From Raillietiella orientalis (lineage: Eukaryota): a DNA stretch of 64,000 bases. Under the pieces are notes generated by a model that searched no databases, was not told where the DNA came from, and saw only the letters and a program-made list of their open reading frames with translations. Both the position numbers and the translations under genes were made by a program. The DNA lies in assembly GCA_036172245.1 (NCBI GenBank), contig JAYWIR010000007.1:3224001-3288000 (forward strand). Direction: 5' to 3'. This document shows positions 49,961 to 63,670 of this stretch, piece by piece (the first letter of the stretch is position 1; every line of letters starts with the position of its first letter).

Positions 49961-52900
49961 TTTCTTTTTTTTTTTTTTTTCATTTTCAATGAACTATTTG
50001 CAGGATAAATGAAACTTGAGGTCTCAATGGGCAAATTCTAATCTTCAAAAAAATCGGTTCTGATTTTCTGATGACCCAGGAAACTGCAACTCTTTGTGGA
50101 TAGTTCTTTTCATGAGCATATACTCTCCAATCAAGTAATTTTCTTAGGCTGTATTCCTATCAAGCAATAGTATCCTGTCCGGATGTACGAAGCAAAGAAA
50201 CTGTATAGTATGTTAGTGTCTTGAATGATCTCAGTGCGCTTTTGTTTTTGTGTTTGGAAGCTTATTCTCTACGAAAAAAAAGTCGAGTGGAAAGAGATGA
50301 TATGCGGGTCTCTGGAAACGAGGTGAAACGCAGCTGATCCAAAACGACTCATCAGTAGATAGTTGTATATTAAAGCACAGATAAAATTTTGAAACACTGC
50401 ACACTCTCTCGAATGAGAAAAACGGAAAATGTCCAGTGAGTAAAAACTTTCCACATCAAATGTTTGCAAGTAAATAAACGCAGTTTTCTTTTATGCAGGT
50501 GAAATTTCAAATACTCTGATTTCTCAGTGTCATGAAATAGCCACATGGAATGAAACCACCTCGTGCCATTCGAAACGCAAGTTGTTTTGGAGGCAGCCTG
50601 TTTCTGGAAATCGCGAAGTCAGAAATCACAGCCAAAGGCTACGTGCAGGAGGCTAAAAAAAAAAAAAAAGAGAGAAAAAAATCCCATTGGATGCAGTTGA
50701 TGTACTGATGGATTTTGCCTTAGTTTTGCTTCTGACACTCGCACCCGTGCTAAATCGTGTGATTCTCTGAGAAAAAGACTGCAGCAACGGAAGAAAGTAA
50801 CTTCCAAAGGAATCGAGAGATGATATAAGTGATCTTGATATCCCACAAATAGACATGGTAATCGCTTTTGTATGCAAAAGGCAGTGTATACTGAATGCTT
50901 TAGTAATCAGTAACTGTGAGAATGATCCTCTGAAACCATAGGTGTGTGGTTTGTGAAACCAATGTGTTTCCTCAATGACATAAGTGCAATCAACCAAAAC
51001 TGACAAATCTTTTAACTTGGCGTCATTAAAGCATCGACAAGTGGACATGTGAAAACGGTCGAAAAGGTTGCTAAAAGCAAGAAATGTAAACGCAAAACTA
51101 TGAGAAACACTAAGGAAAGTGAAGTTTCTAAAAGATGTGGGGAGGGAGGGAATTATTCTTTGGCATAAGAACTTCGGGAAAAAAAGGGACAATTATGAAA
51201 TGTAACTCTTGACATCAATGTCCTTGATTTATTATGTTTTTTTTATTTTTTGAAGAACAAAAATGGAGCTATCTCAAAGAAATCTAAAGAACTTCTGGTA
51301 GTGCTTATAATCTCAACTCAAAGTATGCTAAAGCAAATAACGTTCTCTGTCTAACAGACGTATGTGAAAGTATAGCAACGTAAGTAAATCCAAAAATAAG
51401 AAGCAAGCACGTCTTTGAATGAAATGAAAGAAACTGTTTTCATAAGCATTTTAGTTATTTGAAAGAAATAAAACTACAGTATATAAATTTATCATTGGGC
51501 ATATTACAGCTCTTTTGCATTATAAACTACTTCACATTTTCTGCTGAAAATCTCTTGTGTTTTTCTGACACTGGTTGTTTCACAATATAGGAAAAGCATT
51601 ACGGATTCATCCATTGCATAAATCTTAATCTGGTCTACTATTCTCCCCTTTATCAACAGTCGATTAGATATATGGTATGGCATAAATGAAGTTCCCAATT
51701 GGGGACTTCATTTATACCATATAGTTTCAGTTAGTTTTTTCCAGTCGAGACCGAGACTGAAAAGAAAGAGAGATGTTGCATGGTGATGCATCCATCGTGG
51801 AAATTTTGCATCTCTAAGACAAACTCCACAGTAAACTTGTGCCAGTCCCTCTAATTATTTTGTCTGTTTGTTTGCTTGTTTAAATATGATTTTGCTCTCA
51901 AAGACTTTCTCACAAATTAACACTGGATTGTAAACGTGACTAAGAAACAGACTCATCACTCGATTTGATTCGATAACGAACTTAGTGATCCACTGAAAAA
52001 TTTCTTGTGATCAAGACCTTGCTGATCGTGGAAATTCGAATCTCTTATAGTCTACATAAGGTTGTGAAGAATTTTCAGATAGTCAAAATACCTCCTCATT
52101 GTGGATTCTATTTGTGGATGTAGCCTGAGGAAATGAAAGTTAATTCTTCACCTAAATTATCGAGGTTATCACTGTTATTTGAAGTAAATCAGTGGCATAA
52201 GCATATCTCAGTAAGAACATATCTTTGAAAATAGGAGATAATCAAACCTTGCACAACAAGCAACGGCTCTCAGCTCATCGAGAGATGTTTCTAAAAGAAA
52301 CAAAAAGTGATGCTGCAACAAGAGCATTCTGCGTAGAGAAAAATGTCCTTTCAGGACTCGCTTGAAATTGTTTGCTTCCTCTACTCATTCCATCCCTAAA
52401 CAAGGTATTCCAATGTGTTGACATGCATAAGAACGAGTGCAAATCGCAATGTATGTAATGCTTGGAATCGAAGTAAATACACCAACATCTTCAGATGGTG
52501 CTCTTCACATCAGCTGCCAATGTTCAAGATACAAATATTCTCGCTGCTAAATACGTTTTCGAAGAATCATATGAACAGTGGATAAGCACCGTTCAAAATT
52601 TCGAGAATGGGCTGTAGAATCTTTGAGGATAATTAGGATTACTGATTGATTGGTTTCACCTGCAGTTGTGTCCTTTGGCAAGCCTGCTTAAGTAAGATGA
52701 ACTGATGTGGGACTGCCGGCGTGCTTCATGTTGTACGGAAGGATTGCAGCGGAAGACACAAACCCTGAGGATACGTCCTATCGGATCGGAGTTTGGGGGT
52801 GATGTTTTTCCTCCTCTGAAGACGATTTTCAAAAACCTATTGGCAGTGGAAGGCTTACATACTTGTGGATCTTTGTTGTTACTCTTCGGATACGAATTGT

Positions 52901-52973
52901 AATGAAGAGAACATTTCGCTTTGGACTAGTCTCAGATACGAAATATTGCACGTGAAAAAAATTGCTGCAAGCC

Positions 52974-54509
52974 ATGGATGATTTGATTTATGCTGGGGCT
53001 ATATCTGCATCTTTGGTGTTGGGATATTTCGTTCGTGCAATCAAGAACCCAGATGTAAAACAATGGACTGGCACCGTCTTGGGATGTCTGTTTGTACTTT
53101 CAGTTACAAAAAGGCAGATTTGGTATCCTCTGCTTCTTTTTGCACTCAATATTGTTGTGATAAAATTTGTCCACTTAAGGTAAGTGTACTGTCGTTCCAG
53201 TTCTTAAGTATAAGTATTCTTAATTATCAGCTGCCTTCGATTCATAAGCCTTATAGGAAATTTTGCTTTCCTAATTGTTGTAAGAGCAAGTGAAGTGTTT
53301 CATATGGAACCATTGTCACCATTTACAAACATAGTTTTGATGTTTCTTACATTGAAGGTGAGATCACTTAGTTTGCAGGTGCAATATGTACATGTGTGAT
53401 TAGTTAATAGGACTAGTATTTCAAGTGCACAATCAAAATCATGCAGGAAAGCAAGAAGAAAGTTCTGCTTCAGAATTCAAATTAATGAATATGTCCATAT
53501 TGCAAGCATTTCATTACTGCTTCTGCTATATTGGCATATTAACAGGTTCACATAAATATCCTATTAGTTTTGTGCTCAACAGTTTTACTAAGGGCCCTAT
53601 TATCATTACAAGACCTACAGAGATTTTATATGCTCATCAGATGATGTAAATAATTACGTCAGCAAAGCACTTGGCAGAGCAAAGTATTTGCCAATTTGGG
53701 CCACTCTATTTATTGTGACCAAGTACATGATTGTCGAAAAAGTGAGTGATTGCTCTATCTTTCTTAGAAACAAATATCTCGGTAGAGTATGCTGACTCCT
53801 GAGATATGGCCCTACTGGTACAGATTAGTCTACATAAACATAATGTTCACAAATTTCCGTATGCGTATGTACTGTGCATTTGTCCTTTCGGAATGCACTT
53901 GCATCATAGCTGGACTTGGAGCCTACCCTTGTGATTCCAAACCATACCCAGGTCATGGGCCTACCATCAGAACCCCCAAAAATTTGTAAGTACTGATAGC
54001 TATTGCCTACAATAGAATTAGAATGTGCATTTAGAAGTGAGTCACAGATTTCATTTGATACTGTCAACAGTGTCAAAGAATGGGAAGTAGAGTTTTCAAC
54101 TACAGTAAAGATGGCATTACGTAATTGGAACAGTACTGTCCAGTACTGGCTTGTGGTTGTTGTATACAAACAATCTCCAAAACTGTTCCGTGCAATGCTA
54201 ACCATGGTAGTGTCTGCCATCTGGCATGGTATCCATCCAGGCTATTATTTAGCCATGCTCATAATACCTTTAGTCTTACTTGTTGAAAGCAGATGGCAAC
54301 ATGAAGAAACTACATCTAGCATGTCACTGGTAAAGTGGTTGCAGGGTTTCATCTTTACTTCGCAGTGCTTTGCTTACTTTGGTGTTGGTTTCTTGCTGCT
54401 CAGAGTGGACATAACTTTGTATTTCTGGCATTCCGTTTATTTTTATGGGCACATCATACTTTTATTATTAGGAACAGCCAGTCTCTGGCGGAAGAAACAA
54501 ATGAAGTGA
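52974..54509 (+). CDS. MBOAT7: Lysophosphatidylinositol acyltransferase (MBOAT7/LPIAT1-like). Exons 52974-53179, 53231-53357, 53404-53545, 53593-53741, 53786-53985, 54035-54509
   Basis: The spliced ORF is open, with GT..AG introns of 51, 46, 47, 44 and 49 bp. Motifs: 'PFTNIVLMFLTLKLIGL', 'YIGILTGPYYHY', 'FRMRMYCAF..SEC..I.AGLGAYP', 'WNSTVQYWL' and 'SAIWHGIHPGYYL' (catalytic Asn and His). AATAAA at ~54649. Confidence 0.93.
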
Positions 54510-55106
54510 CCTCTGGTTTATGTGACTAATTATTTACTTATTTAACTTATTTATTGTCAGTCTAATTCTGTGAACAAAGTTGCAAGTGTGGACATATGCT
54601 TTTATGAATGGATTACAATACAAATGTTCAAATGCAGAATTTTTTATAAATAAAAAATTGTGAAAAGTTCTACAACAGCATTGGTGCATTTTCTGTTACT
54701 TTCTAAGTTATCAAACTTGAATTATTTCGAATACATCAAAAAAAATGAACTGTCAATACACCACAGAGAAATAACTCAACATCAGAAACAATGTCAGTAT
54801 TAGGTTTGCAAAATTTTATGCAGTGCAGCAGCTTTTTGTAAAAGTGTGCAGAAATGCTGGATCCCACTTTTGAAATACGAATTAACTAATCCAAAGATAT
54901 ATCGTTGGTTCCATCTACATTTAATAAATATATAATGCCCATCAAGTTTCAACTTTCCTTCAAATGTGGAAGACATTGAAGCAGTGTATGGCCATGTTAA
55001 TAAAGTTACCTCGAGAGCAACTTTAGAACTGAACTTTCACAAAATGACCACAATACATTATCATCATGCATTACTTAGCAAAATATACGTTTATTCAAAA
55101 GCAGAA

Positions 55107-57600
55107 TCAAGCTTGGATGTCTCCATAGAATTCACACCATATAGGACAAAACTGACTTATAGACCCACCCCATCCCCACCCCTTTGGAATTGCCAAGTGA
55201 GTCAGTCCATCTTGGATTATGCCATGTCGTCCTAACAATCACGTACACTCTAAGTTCTATGTTCACTTTCACTCACCAGTCAAGGAGCTTTTAGCTATTG
55301 CATTCAACCATAAAGAGCAAGCAGGAGAGGGCAGCAAATGGTTCTCAGGCATGAAAGGAGGACAAAACCAGCTTAATTCAGAAAACTCACAATTCACTGA
55401 CTCTAGGCCCACATATCCAATGAAATCATCTACAATGCACTGCTTACCAGAATCACCCAAAGCAGTAACCATTACAACAAAGAGTGTTAATCTTTCTTCT
55501 TGAGATGGCATTTGAGCATGTACTTGTTGCAGTAAAAGTTTCACAACTTCAGGAGATGGTAGTTGCTGGAGGCACATAATTGCCACTTGCACCTTGAGCA
55601 CCTGAGACTCATTCAATCTCAATAAGTATTGTTTCCAATAACTTACTTGAAACACAAACAAAAATACTATGTCCTTTTCTTGACAGAAATATGTAGTAAG
55701 AAGTACCTGAACATCTGCACTACTATTATAAATGAGACTCCACTGGAAAGATGAGGATGTGCATGGAGTATGACATACAGCCCAGCAACCAGGAACAGCT
55801 TTCCATGCCCGGATTTGAGGCAATTGAGGACAATTTAGCTCATTACATAACTAACTACAATATATTTGCTATCTGGATCTCTCTTACCATTTGTAAAGCT
55901 CCCTCCTCATAGGATGTACCTCTAACAGCTAAAAGACTCAATCTAAAAATGTCATCACTGCTTTGTAGTCTTGCAGGCATAACACTGCCTTACCCATTTT
56001 CGAAAACAGTGCGGCAAAACACTTCCTGAACACCTGGATTAGACATTTTATCGATGCTAATATCCTGTACATCCCAGCAGCCCAGACGAAAAACTTTTAG
56101 ATCATGATATACCCCTGAGAATGGCTCCTCTATGATGGGATGAACAGAGCACGCAGACAACTGTTCAAACAAATCTCTATGAATTAACGTGCCTGTTAAC
56201 TTTTCTTCTGATAGCTGAGTTAGTTGCATAGGGGCAGATAAACTGCGCCGATGGCCTATAAGATTATTATATTTGTCAAAACTATTAAGATTATTACTAT
56301 ATGTTGTAGCATTCAGCTTGGAATTTGTGCTGACTGAATCAGTTTGTCTGACAGTAAGTTGAGGCAGAGCACGACCTATCTGGGCACGATGTGTGCCACA
56401 CATTTTCATTAAGTCTGCCAAAGATCGGAAAGTACCCTGCTTTTCCCGTTGATTGATAATACATGCTGCTACCTTCTGATTAATACCAGGTATTGCCATT
56501 AAATCAAATATGGAGGCTTCATTAACATTCACAACTTTAAAAAAATGTTGGCATGCAGGTGAACCTCTGGGTAAAGAATTATGGCTGAGAGTACAGGTGG
56601 ACCCTATGCTAACAGAAAAGGGCATCAGCCAAGAAATAAACACTCACAGCAAACCTGCTCTCAAGGCATGAATTTCCAATGCAAATCTCATCTTGCATTT
56701 GAAGTAGCTTGTTGGCACCAATACCAGGTACTAATGCTACATCTTCCACTCGACGGAAGCCTCCTATGTGTTCCCTGTACTTAATAATTTGCTTGGCTAG
56801 CATTCTGTCAACACCAGGTAAAGTCATCAATTCTTCTTCACTTGCCAGGTTCACATTAACTTTATACTGAAAATTTGCATTCTACAGCGTCAAGAATTTC
56901 ATTAGGAAAAATTTTTTTGAAAGCCAAACATACATTATACATCAGACCAGTTGTTCATCTTAAAATGCTGGCAAGGTAAACTACAATCAACATCTTTGAT
57001 CCTCTAATTTGTTTAAAAAAATTTCATATTATACAACTAATCTGATGAAATTACAAGATATCTTTGTTAGTTTTTAATTAGTTCCCGTTAGTTTGTTTGT
57101 TTTTTTGATATTCTAAGTAAACTATTGTAAGTAGGTACATTCATTTTGCTGTTTACATCCTGATTTAAATTGTTTTGTATGTTTCAAGGATTGAGTTTTT
57201 TTTTTTTTTTTTTTTTCTTTTACAAACGCACTGAAGTGTATTACATTATTTGAGACTGAACACCACGATGTATTCGTTACTTCAACAGTACTTGGTTTAA
57301 TCTGTAAATGCTACGCACTGCTCTTGTGCCACACATCGTAAACAAACGAAAAACATCAAAGAAATGAAAAAATAAATTGGTTTCATTTACTGTTTTTGAT
57401 GGTAAACCTTCTTCTTTTACTATGTTGAAGGCTCCTGATAATTCCTTCTTTTTCCATGGTTTTATCAAATCACCAATACGGTGCTTCATGGAATGGTACC
57501 TTCTCAGATGCGATGATTTCACTTTAGAATCATGCAGGTTATTAGATGAATTATGAATGTTTCCCAATGCATGGTGCTTTTTGCTACCTGATTGGCCCAT
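55107..57600 (-). CDS. EEPD1: Endonuclease/exonuclease/phosphatase family domain-containing protein 1 (two HhH domains plus EEP domain). Exons ~57600-57391, 56866-56655, 56608-55994, 55942-55888, then several short exons to the stop at 55107
   Basis: MG start. HhH motifs 'VNLASEEELMTLPGV...YREHIGGFRRVEDVALVPGIG' and 'VNVNEAS..DLMAIPGI'. Further matches to EEPD1: 'KMSNPGVQEVFCRT', 'CNELNCPQLPQIRAWK' and the C-terminal 'GLTHLAIPKGWGWGG...CPIWCEFY'. Introns are GT..AG. Confidence 0.93.
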
Positions 57601-60299
57601 TTTTAACATTGTAAAAATTTCCTGTTCAGGGGGCAAAATTTGAGCTTCAATTTTTTTTTCTTTTTTCTTTCGGTGATCTACATTGCTTCGTTCGAATTTT
57701 ACAGTTGCATTACCTTAATTTCTACATCACTGACTCGCAAACACTTTATACCCACTCTTACTATAGGGACCACGGGACGAAAACCGCTGGAAACTTCATC
57801 TTACGCATGAACGGGATTGCACGTGCACTGATAAGTACCCTCATTTCAAAGTAAACCATAATCACGGCTTTCGAGATAAGGAGATAGATGGAACGTTTAT
57901 CATTTTCGATGCCAATCTACAGTGTCGAACTATGGAAGCTATCGTTCAAGGAGGTGATGGGGCCCAGGGACGCACCAGGCTGAAAGGTTTCACGAGCATC
58001 ATGAGTTTGGGGTTGCCAAGTAACACGGAAATCACTTTGTTCACAGCGAATCACACGCACTTTTGCTTGTGTGGAACACGCTTTCCCTGTGCCGTCGTAT
58101 AATTTCTTTGGAAAACCTCTTCAGGAGGAGCACACGCCGTCGTCTGTCAAAATCCTCTCCAGGAAAAATGCAAAAATCGAAACGCGAAACCCCGAAATAC
58201 GAAAATCTGGATTCTGCAAAAGGATAAAAGATAAGCGCTCGATCTCATCGAAAGAAAATTGCATTGCATTGCATTAGAGATGAAGACCGAACTGTGTAAG
58301 AAGATTTCTAGGAACTGTCTTCAGGCCAAGCTTCAAAGTGCTGATGCATTCTATTTCCCCATGTATGCGTGTATTTCCACATACAATCTACGCCCTCAAC
58401 AACTTCCACCCTCAATTCCTGAAAGTCGCCGTAACCACTTCCGTCCTTCGTTTCCGCATTTCCAAAATTCCAAAACGTAAAAGCGAGCCTTCCAAGGTCG
58501 AAGGGTGTTCGGAACGCTGTTTCCAATGGAAATGTGTAGCAAAATCAGTCATATCCGAGGAAAGCATACCGTCTTCGGGAATGAAGATGCAGCATCGAAA
58601 TGTACTTTTAATTATGAAATACCGTTTTATGCCTTGAAAGCACAATCAATCAGACGTTTTTATAACGCAGATCAGAACCGTGTTGATGGTCCGCATCAGC
58701 ATGAAGAAGGAAAAAAAAAAAAAAAAAAAGCCTGCCTTGGTGATGGGAAGTGTTCCTACAAAGTTGTATGCTGAATCGTTGAAAGACTGTCTCTTGTATT
58801 CATGCCGAAGCATGGATATATTGGACAGCAGAAAGAAACCACAAAGGCCGGAGCATCATTTCGTGTTCGTTCTCTGAAAGAACATCACAGTCGGAAAAGA
58901 TCTCTGAATGTCAAGGGAAAAAAAACATCAAGGAAAAAACAGTATGATGTTGAATGTATGCCATATGCATGGAAGTGCGTATTTGCTTTTGAATATATAT
59001 CTTTTTTTTAAAAAAAAAAAAAAAAAAAGAACCCATACGTGTGAATTTACGATGGTTACATTGAATATCGCTATCAAGTTTTTCCCAGCCGTGCATTTTT
59101 TCTTTTTTGATACGTACAAGCTGCAGAATTCCTCTAAATGTGCAGCCCGCTTCTTCTCATGGTCTCCAACTTCGGCTTCTGCTTGTTTGTTTCGTTGCAA
59201 ACATTTCAACTGGTCAGATTTTTGATTGGAATAGAACTCTCCTCATACAACTCAGTGTCGATTACATGGAGAGTGTGGCATCAGAATACAGAAGTCAAAG
59301 TGAAATCTGAATACGAAGAGGAGCGACTTCAAGTCCAAAAATAACACGTTTCAGGCACTATTCCTATACACAGATAACTTCTTCGTTGGGTAGATACGTC
59401 TTGTACAGTTTTCTTTACCTGGAATTCGCAGAAAATTCGGAGAACGTGCTTTTGATTCTGTGCCGTGTAAAAAGCAATGTGAATGAAAGATTTTATCGGC
59501 TAAGCTGTCACGAGAGGAGGATGTTTCAGCATGACTTTGAATCACCTCTCAAGTTTCCACTTCCATTCATTTTGCTTTTTAATTCGCAAGTTTCCAGTAC
59601 TACTGGCTACGTGAATTTCTAGATAATCTTTAGCTCATTTCAATATTAACATTTGCTTCAAAAACTCGAGCAACTTCCATAAATTGCTATTGCATGACTA
59701 TTGTTAATTATGCATGTAGTCCATTACAAGCATCAATACGTGCCATGAGTAAGCGATTATTCATATGAATGTATATTCTTTATGAAAATGATGAAAAATA
59801 CTCTAAAAAGAATTTTCTACAGTAGAGAGCTTTACATGAAGGATGCTTTCTTCATGCATCGCTTATACATTTTTTCGAGTTAAACAAGTGGTAAATTTTC
59901 CCATTTGTAATTTCGCTTTTCGATGGGAAGGCTAGTCGATTTATTCTGAATGCAAAAGTCATCAGAAAGCATTATGAGATCACTTATTGGGCACCCAGTC
60001 GAAATGATCATTTTTCAGTAGCTTTTCAAGATGCTGGCCACAGCGGAATCAAATTTTATGAATAGGCTGGTAGTAAGTTGCCCTCTCTCCGTGTCGGCTT
60101 CACAAATAAACGAGGATGCGGGATGGATGGTTCAAAATATTAATGCAACTGGTGATGAAGTTGCATCAGTAAAGTTTTATAGTTTACCAGTTCCCCTGAA
60201 GACTTCCTCACTTTGAACTGCGTTCGTTTGAAAGACGAGCATGTGTGCCCACAATGCTATTAAGGGACTTACAAATGGCACGAGTAGTGGGTGATTTAC

Positions 60300-62300
60300 C
60301 TCCGAAGCAGGTGCATGTGACGTTTTGATCACAGGGGGTGCGAATGTGATCTGTCTTCAGCGAGAAACCACACTAACCGATCACGTAGTCTGGGCCAATG
60401 CAGACGAGGTGTTTCCCAGGGACATACGACAAAGTTGCTGCGAACGTCTCGCAAAAATCCTCTTCCACTTGGAGACACTCCCATTCAGGCGGGAGCAACT
60501 GCCCTGACAACGACGATCAGCAGACTTCCCTTGGCAAAGTCAAAGCAGGTCTGCTCGTCTTCCTCCTGGCTTAGCCTGCTATTTAACGAGGCGTCCTGTA
60601 AAGGGTTGCCGGCGATTCGCAGTTCGGCTACTCGGTTTTGCTCCCGAAGGCAGCACGTTCTGGAGGTTTTCTGTACAGCGGGTTCGGTTGCATTCAAGCG
60701 CACCGGCGAAGGTCGCTCCAGGCACGCCGAGATGCCGAGCGCTTACTAGGTAGTTTTCGAGGCTGCTCCCCATCCTCTCAGTTCTCCCTCCTTCCTTCCC
60801 CCCCTCCTCTCCCTCTTTCTCTCTCTCTCTCTCTCTCTGCCTTCTGATTCTCCCCATTCCATTCCTCTCAATGAAGAATCAGTTTGTTAGAGAGCTGGTC
60901 ACGTTTCAGTATCACCTCGTGACGGATCCCCATTTATTCGTTATAAAGTTACTCTCATTGCATTTTCATTTCATCCCCCCCCCCCCGCCCCGATTTTTTT
61001 TTTTTTTTCTAAAGAAGCGACAGAGCCCCCCGATCAGCATCTCTGCGCCCGTTGCACTTGCCATTTGTTTTTTCAACTGAGAATTTCTTTACTTAAAGAC
61101 TGCTTCCCTATTTTATTAAAAGCGCTTTCGGTTCCACTGTTCCTTGTTAGTTCAATGGATTACGGCCGAATTATCTGTGCTCTTCTTTCGTTTATTTCCG
61201 TAATCTGGCTGGCGGATCCCGGCTCATGAAACTCAAATGCGCATAAAATACTTGGAGGTGTTGCGTGATGAAATAACGTGTAGTTGTAGCTACCCAACAC
61301 GACCGGGGAACGGGTCGATTTTTTTTTTTTTTTTTTTTTTTTTGCGCGCGCGCGCGTGTGTGTATGTGTGTGTTTCGGAGAAATCGAATCGAGTTTTTTT
61401 TTTTTTTCTGTTACATGGATTTTTGGACCGTATCTCGACGAATCAACTTGGAAACGTGTCTCGACCTGCAGGGAAGATTGCGACTGCGCGTCTCACAAGC
61501 CTGCAGAAGATTCAGATGCTGTGCCCCTGGCGAAAGACACGATGTACCTTCATTTGAAACCGGAAACGCGAGACTCTGCTCTGTGGAAAAGGAAGGAGGA
61601 ACCAGACTTCCCATTCATCAGCTGAGATGGTTGGTTGACCGGATGCATGAATCGGAAGAGGATCCCGGTGTGAAAAATACTTTCCGGCAACCGCCATTTT
61701 CACGTCGTCGGACGCGAAGATTCCTCGCAGACTCTGGGCACACCCTTCCAGAGCTGTATCCAAAGATGACGCGAGATCAGCGTTTTCCAAACATTCGGCG
61801 TATTGCGCGGGGGAGGAGCACACCAGACAGGTGGTTAGCGCCGGTTCCGGAAACAGGAAACCAGACATGATTTCCAGAGACGTCTGTGCCGTAAAAACAG
61901 GAATTGGCGAATCACGCGACGAGCGCGCGCCCTCACCGATGAAGCTTGAAGGACTTTTTCATGGGTTCACGAACGCCTCCGGCCATCGACTGATGGAGCT
62001 CAAATGCAAGCAGCGTTCAAGTTCCGGTTGATTTCGCTGGATGGTCGTGGCACTTCGCATCATCACCGCTGTCTTCCCAACTTGTTCCGGGATTTTCTTC
62101 CTCCTTTTGTCAACAGCTATGGAAACACCTGTGCGGAAGACCTGGGGGCTTGTGGAAGCGGTGAGCTGACGGTGGACAACAACCACGGACTTGGCAGGCA
62201 GCGACTGGACTCGCATCTAATTTCGGAATGAGGATGTGAGGTTTTCTCGCCTCCGCCTCCCCCTTCCTCTTGCCCCTCATCCTCCTCTTCTCTTTCCTTT
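60300..62300 (+). mobile_element. Probable decayed non-LTR retrotransposon 3' fragments (two pieces, ~60300-60840 and ~61400-62300)
   Basis: Post-RT-like peptides ('STWKRV...LTSLQKIQML', 'ILFHLETLP'), each followed by a pyrimidine-rich tail like the other LINE copies. No intact diagnostic motif. Confidence 0.3.
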
Positions 62301-62955
62301 TCGTCCTTCCTCTTCTTTGTGCAGCAGCAGGAGGAGGAAGAAATAAAAATGAGGCATCCTCAGCCTCCTACGGAATTCGGCTGAAGGTGTGCGGAGAAAG
62401 AAAAGGCAGGGCCTCCGTTACCTCACTGCCCCGACCCTCACTTCCGTTGCCGATGCATCGGGAAAATCAAGGGCAGCTTCACCCACTTGAGGAGCTGTGC
62501 CCTTCTGCGAACCTAAGGGAGTGCACCAACCCCCCCTAGTAGTAGGGGTATTTTTGCACAGGGACAGAGATTGTTAGACGACGTAAGGTATGTGTATCTC
62601 TCCTTTTGTGGGCTCTCGTCTGTGATCAGTCATCCGTCCACTAATGAGCGGACTGTTAGTTTGAGTACCTTCCGTGGAGAGTTGACAGCTTGTCTTCTCT
62701 CTGTTCCCTCGCGATGTTCTGACGCCAAAGTTCCTCTGGGACAGTGACTGGATCTCTTGAAGGCAAAAAAGAGAGTTTGCTTCGGATTTCTGGTTCCTAC
62801 AGGAGAAAATGTGCTGCGTGGAGTTGTCATCTTGTGTCTTATGTTTTCTGCTGATGCTGATCGTACGAATTTCAAATATGCTTATTGGGATGAGGTTGCA
62901 TTCAAATCCGTTGGTTCTTCATGGACAGGGAGGCTGTTCTTGCGTCTGTTTCCCC

Positions 62956-63670
62956 GCGTCGGAGGCCGTGCGGTTACGGTTGTCTCCGCGCTTGGCACCA
63001 TGCGTCGCGCGTTCGAATACTCCGAAGGAATCGACCCAGTGCATCGTGGGTCCCGAGTTCATCCCACAAGATGGCGCTGGTTGGCCTACATTCATACGGG
63101 TGCAGCACTGGTAGCGGCTGCAACCTGATGCCCCCGATGAGGGTCGGGACAAATGGGAGTAGACCTCCAGGTCCTTCCAGGAATCAAGGAGTGGGAGCTT
63201 CCCTCCGGTTGTGAAGGAGCGAACCCTCATTGCGGGGGTAGACCCCTCCGCGTCGGACTGATGGAGTAGGTATGTCGCCACCACCTCCCCAGAGAGTGCA
63301 GAGAAACGAACCGATCCCTTCGGGGAAGCTGCGTCCTTCTGAATTTCGGAAGCGTCACCTTCAGGGTTCTCTTCAGAGTAACAACAGGAGCGGACCCCTT
63401 CCAGGTTCCCTTCAGAGAAGTAAAACTGTAGCGGACCCCTCTAAGGGTCTCTTCGGAGAGAATAAGGAAGATTTCCCTGCGGGATTCCCCTTCGGAGACA
63501 ACCAGGGTAGAGGTGATCTTCATTTCCGGGGATCCCTCCCCAGGCGTGAGAGGAATGGACTCCGAGTCCTTCCTGGATTCATAGCGCGGACCCCTCCCGG
63601 GGTACCCCCTATCTTGAAGACTACCCACCCTCGGGTGGCGTGGAACCGTGTCGAAGAACTGCGAGGACAG
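62956..63670 (+). mobile_element. tRNA-headed SINE copy D
   Basis: A-box-like GGCCGTGCGG, B-box-like GTTCGAAT (~63011), GGTCCTTCCAGGAATC, CCTTCCTGGATTCATAG and CCCTCGGGTGGCGTGGA blocks shared with copies A and B. Confidence 0.75.

Noticed and set aside
50068..50095. CTGATGA-CCCAG-GAAAC hammerhead-like core (also CTGAATGA...CGAAAC in the SINE tail at ~15820-15850)
   Set aside because: There is no stem III/NUH cleavage site or stem I pairing, and the SINE-tail version is not conserved in copy B.
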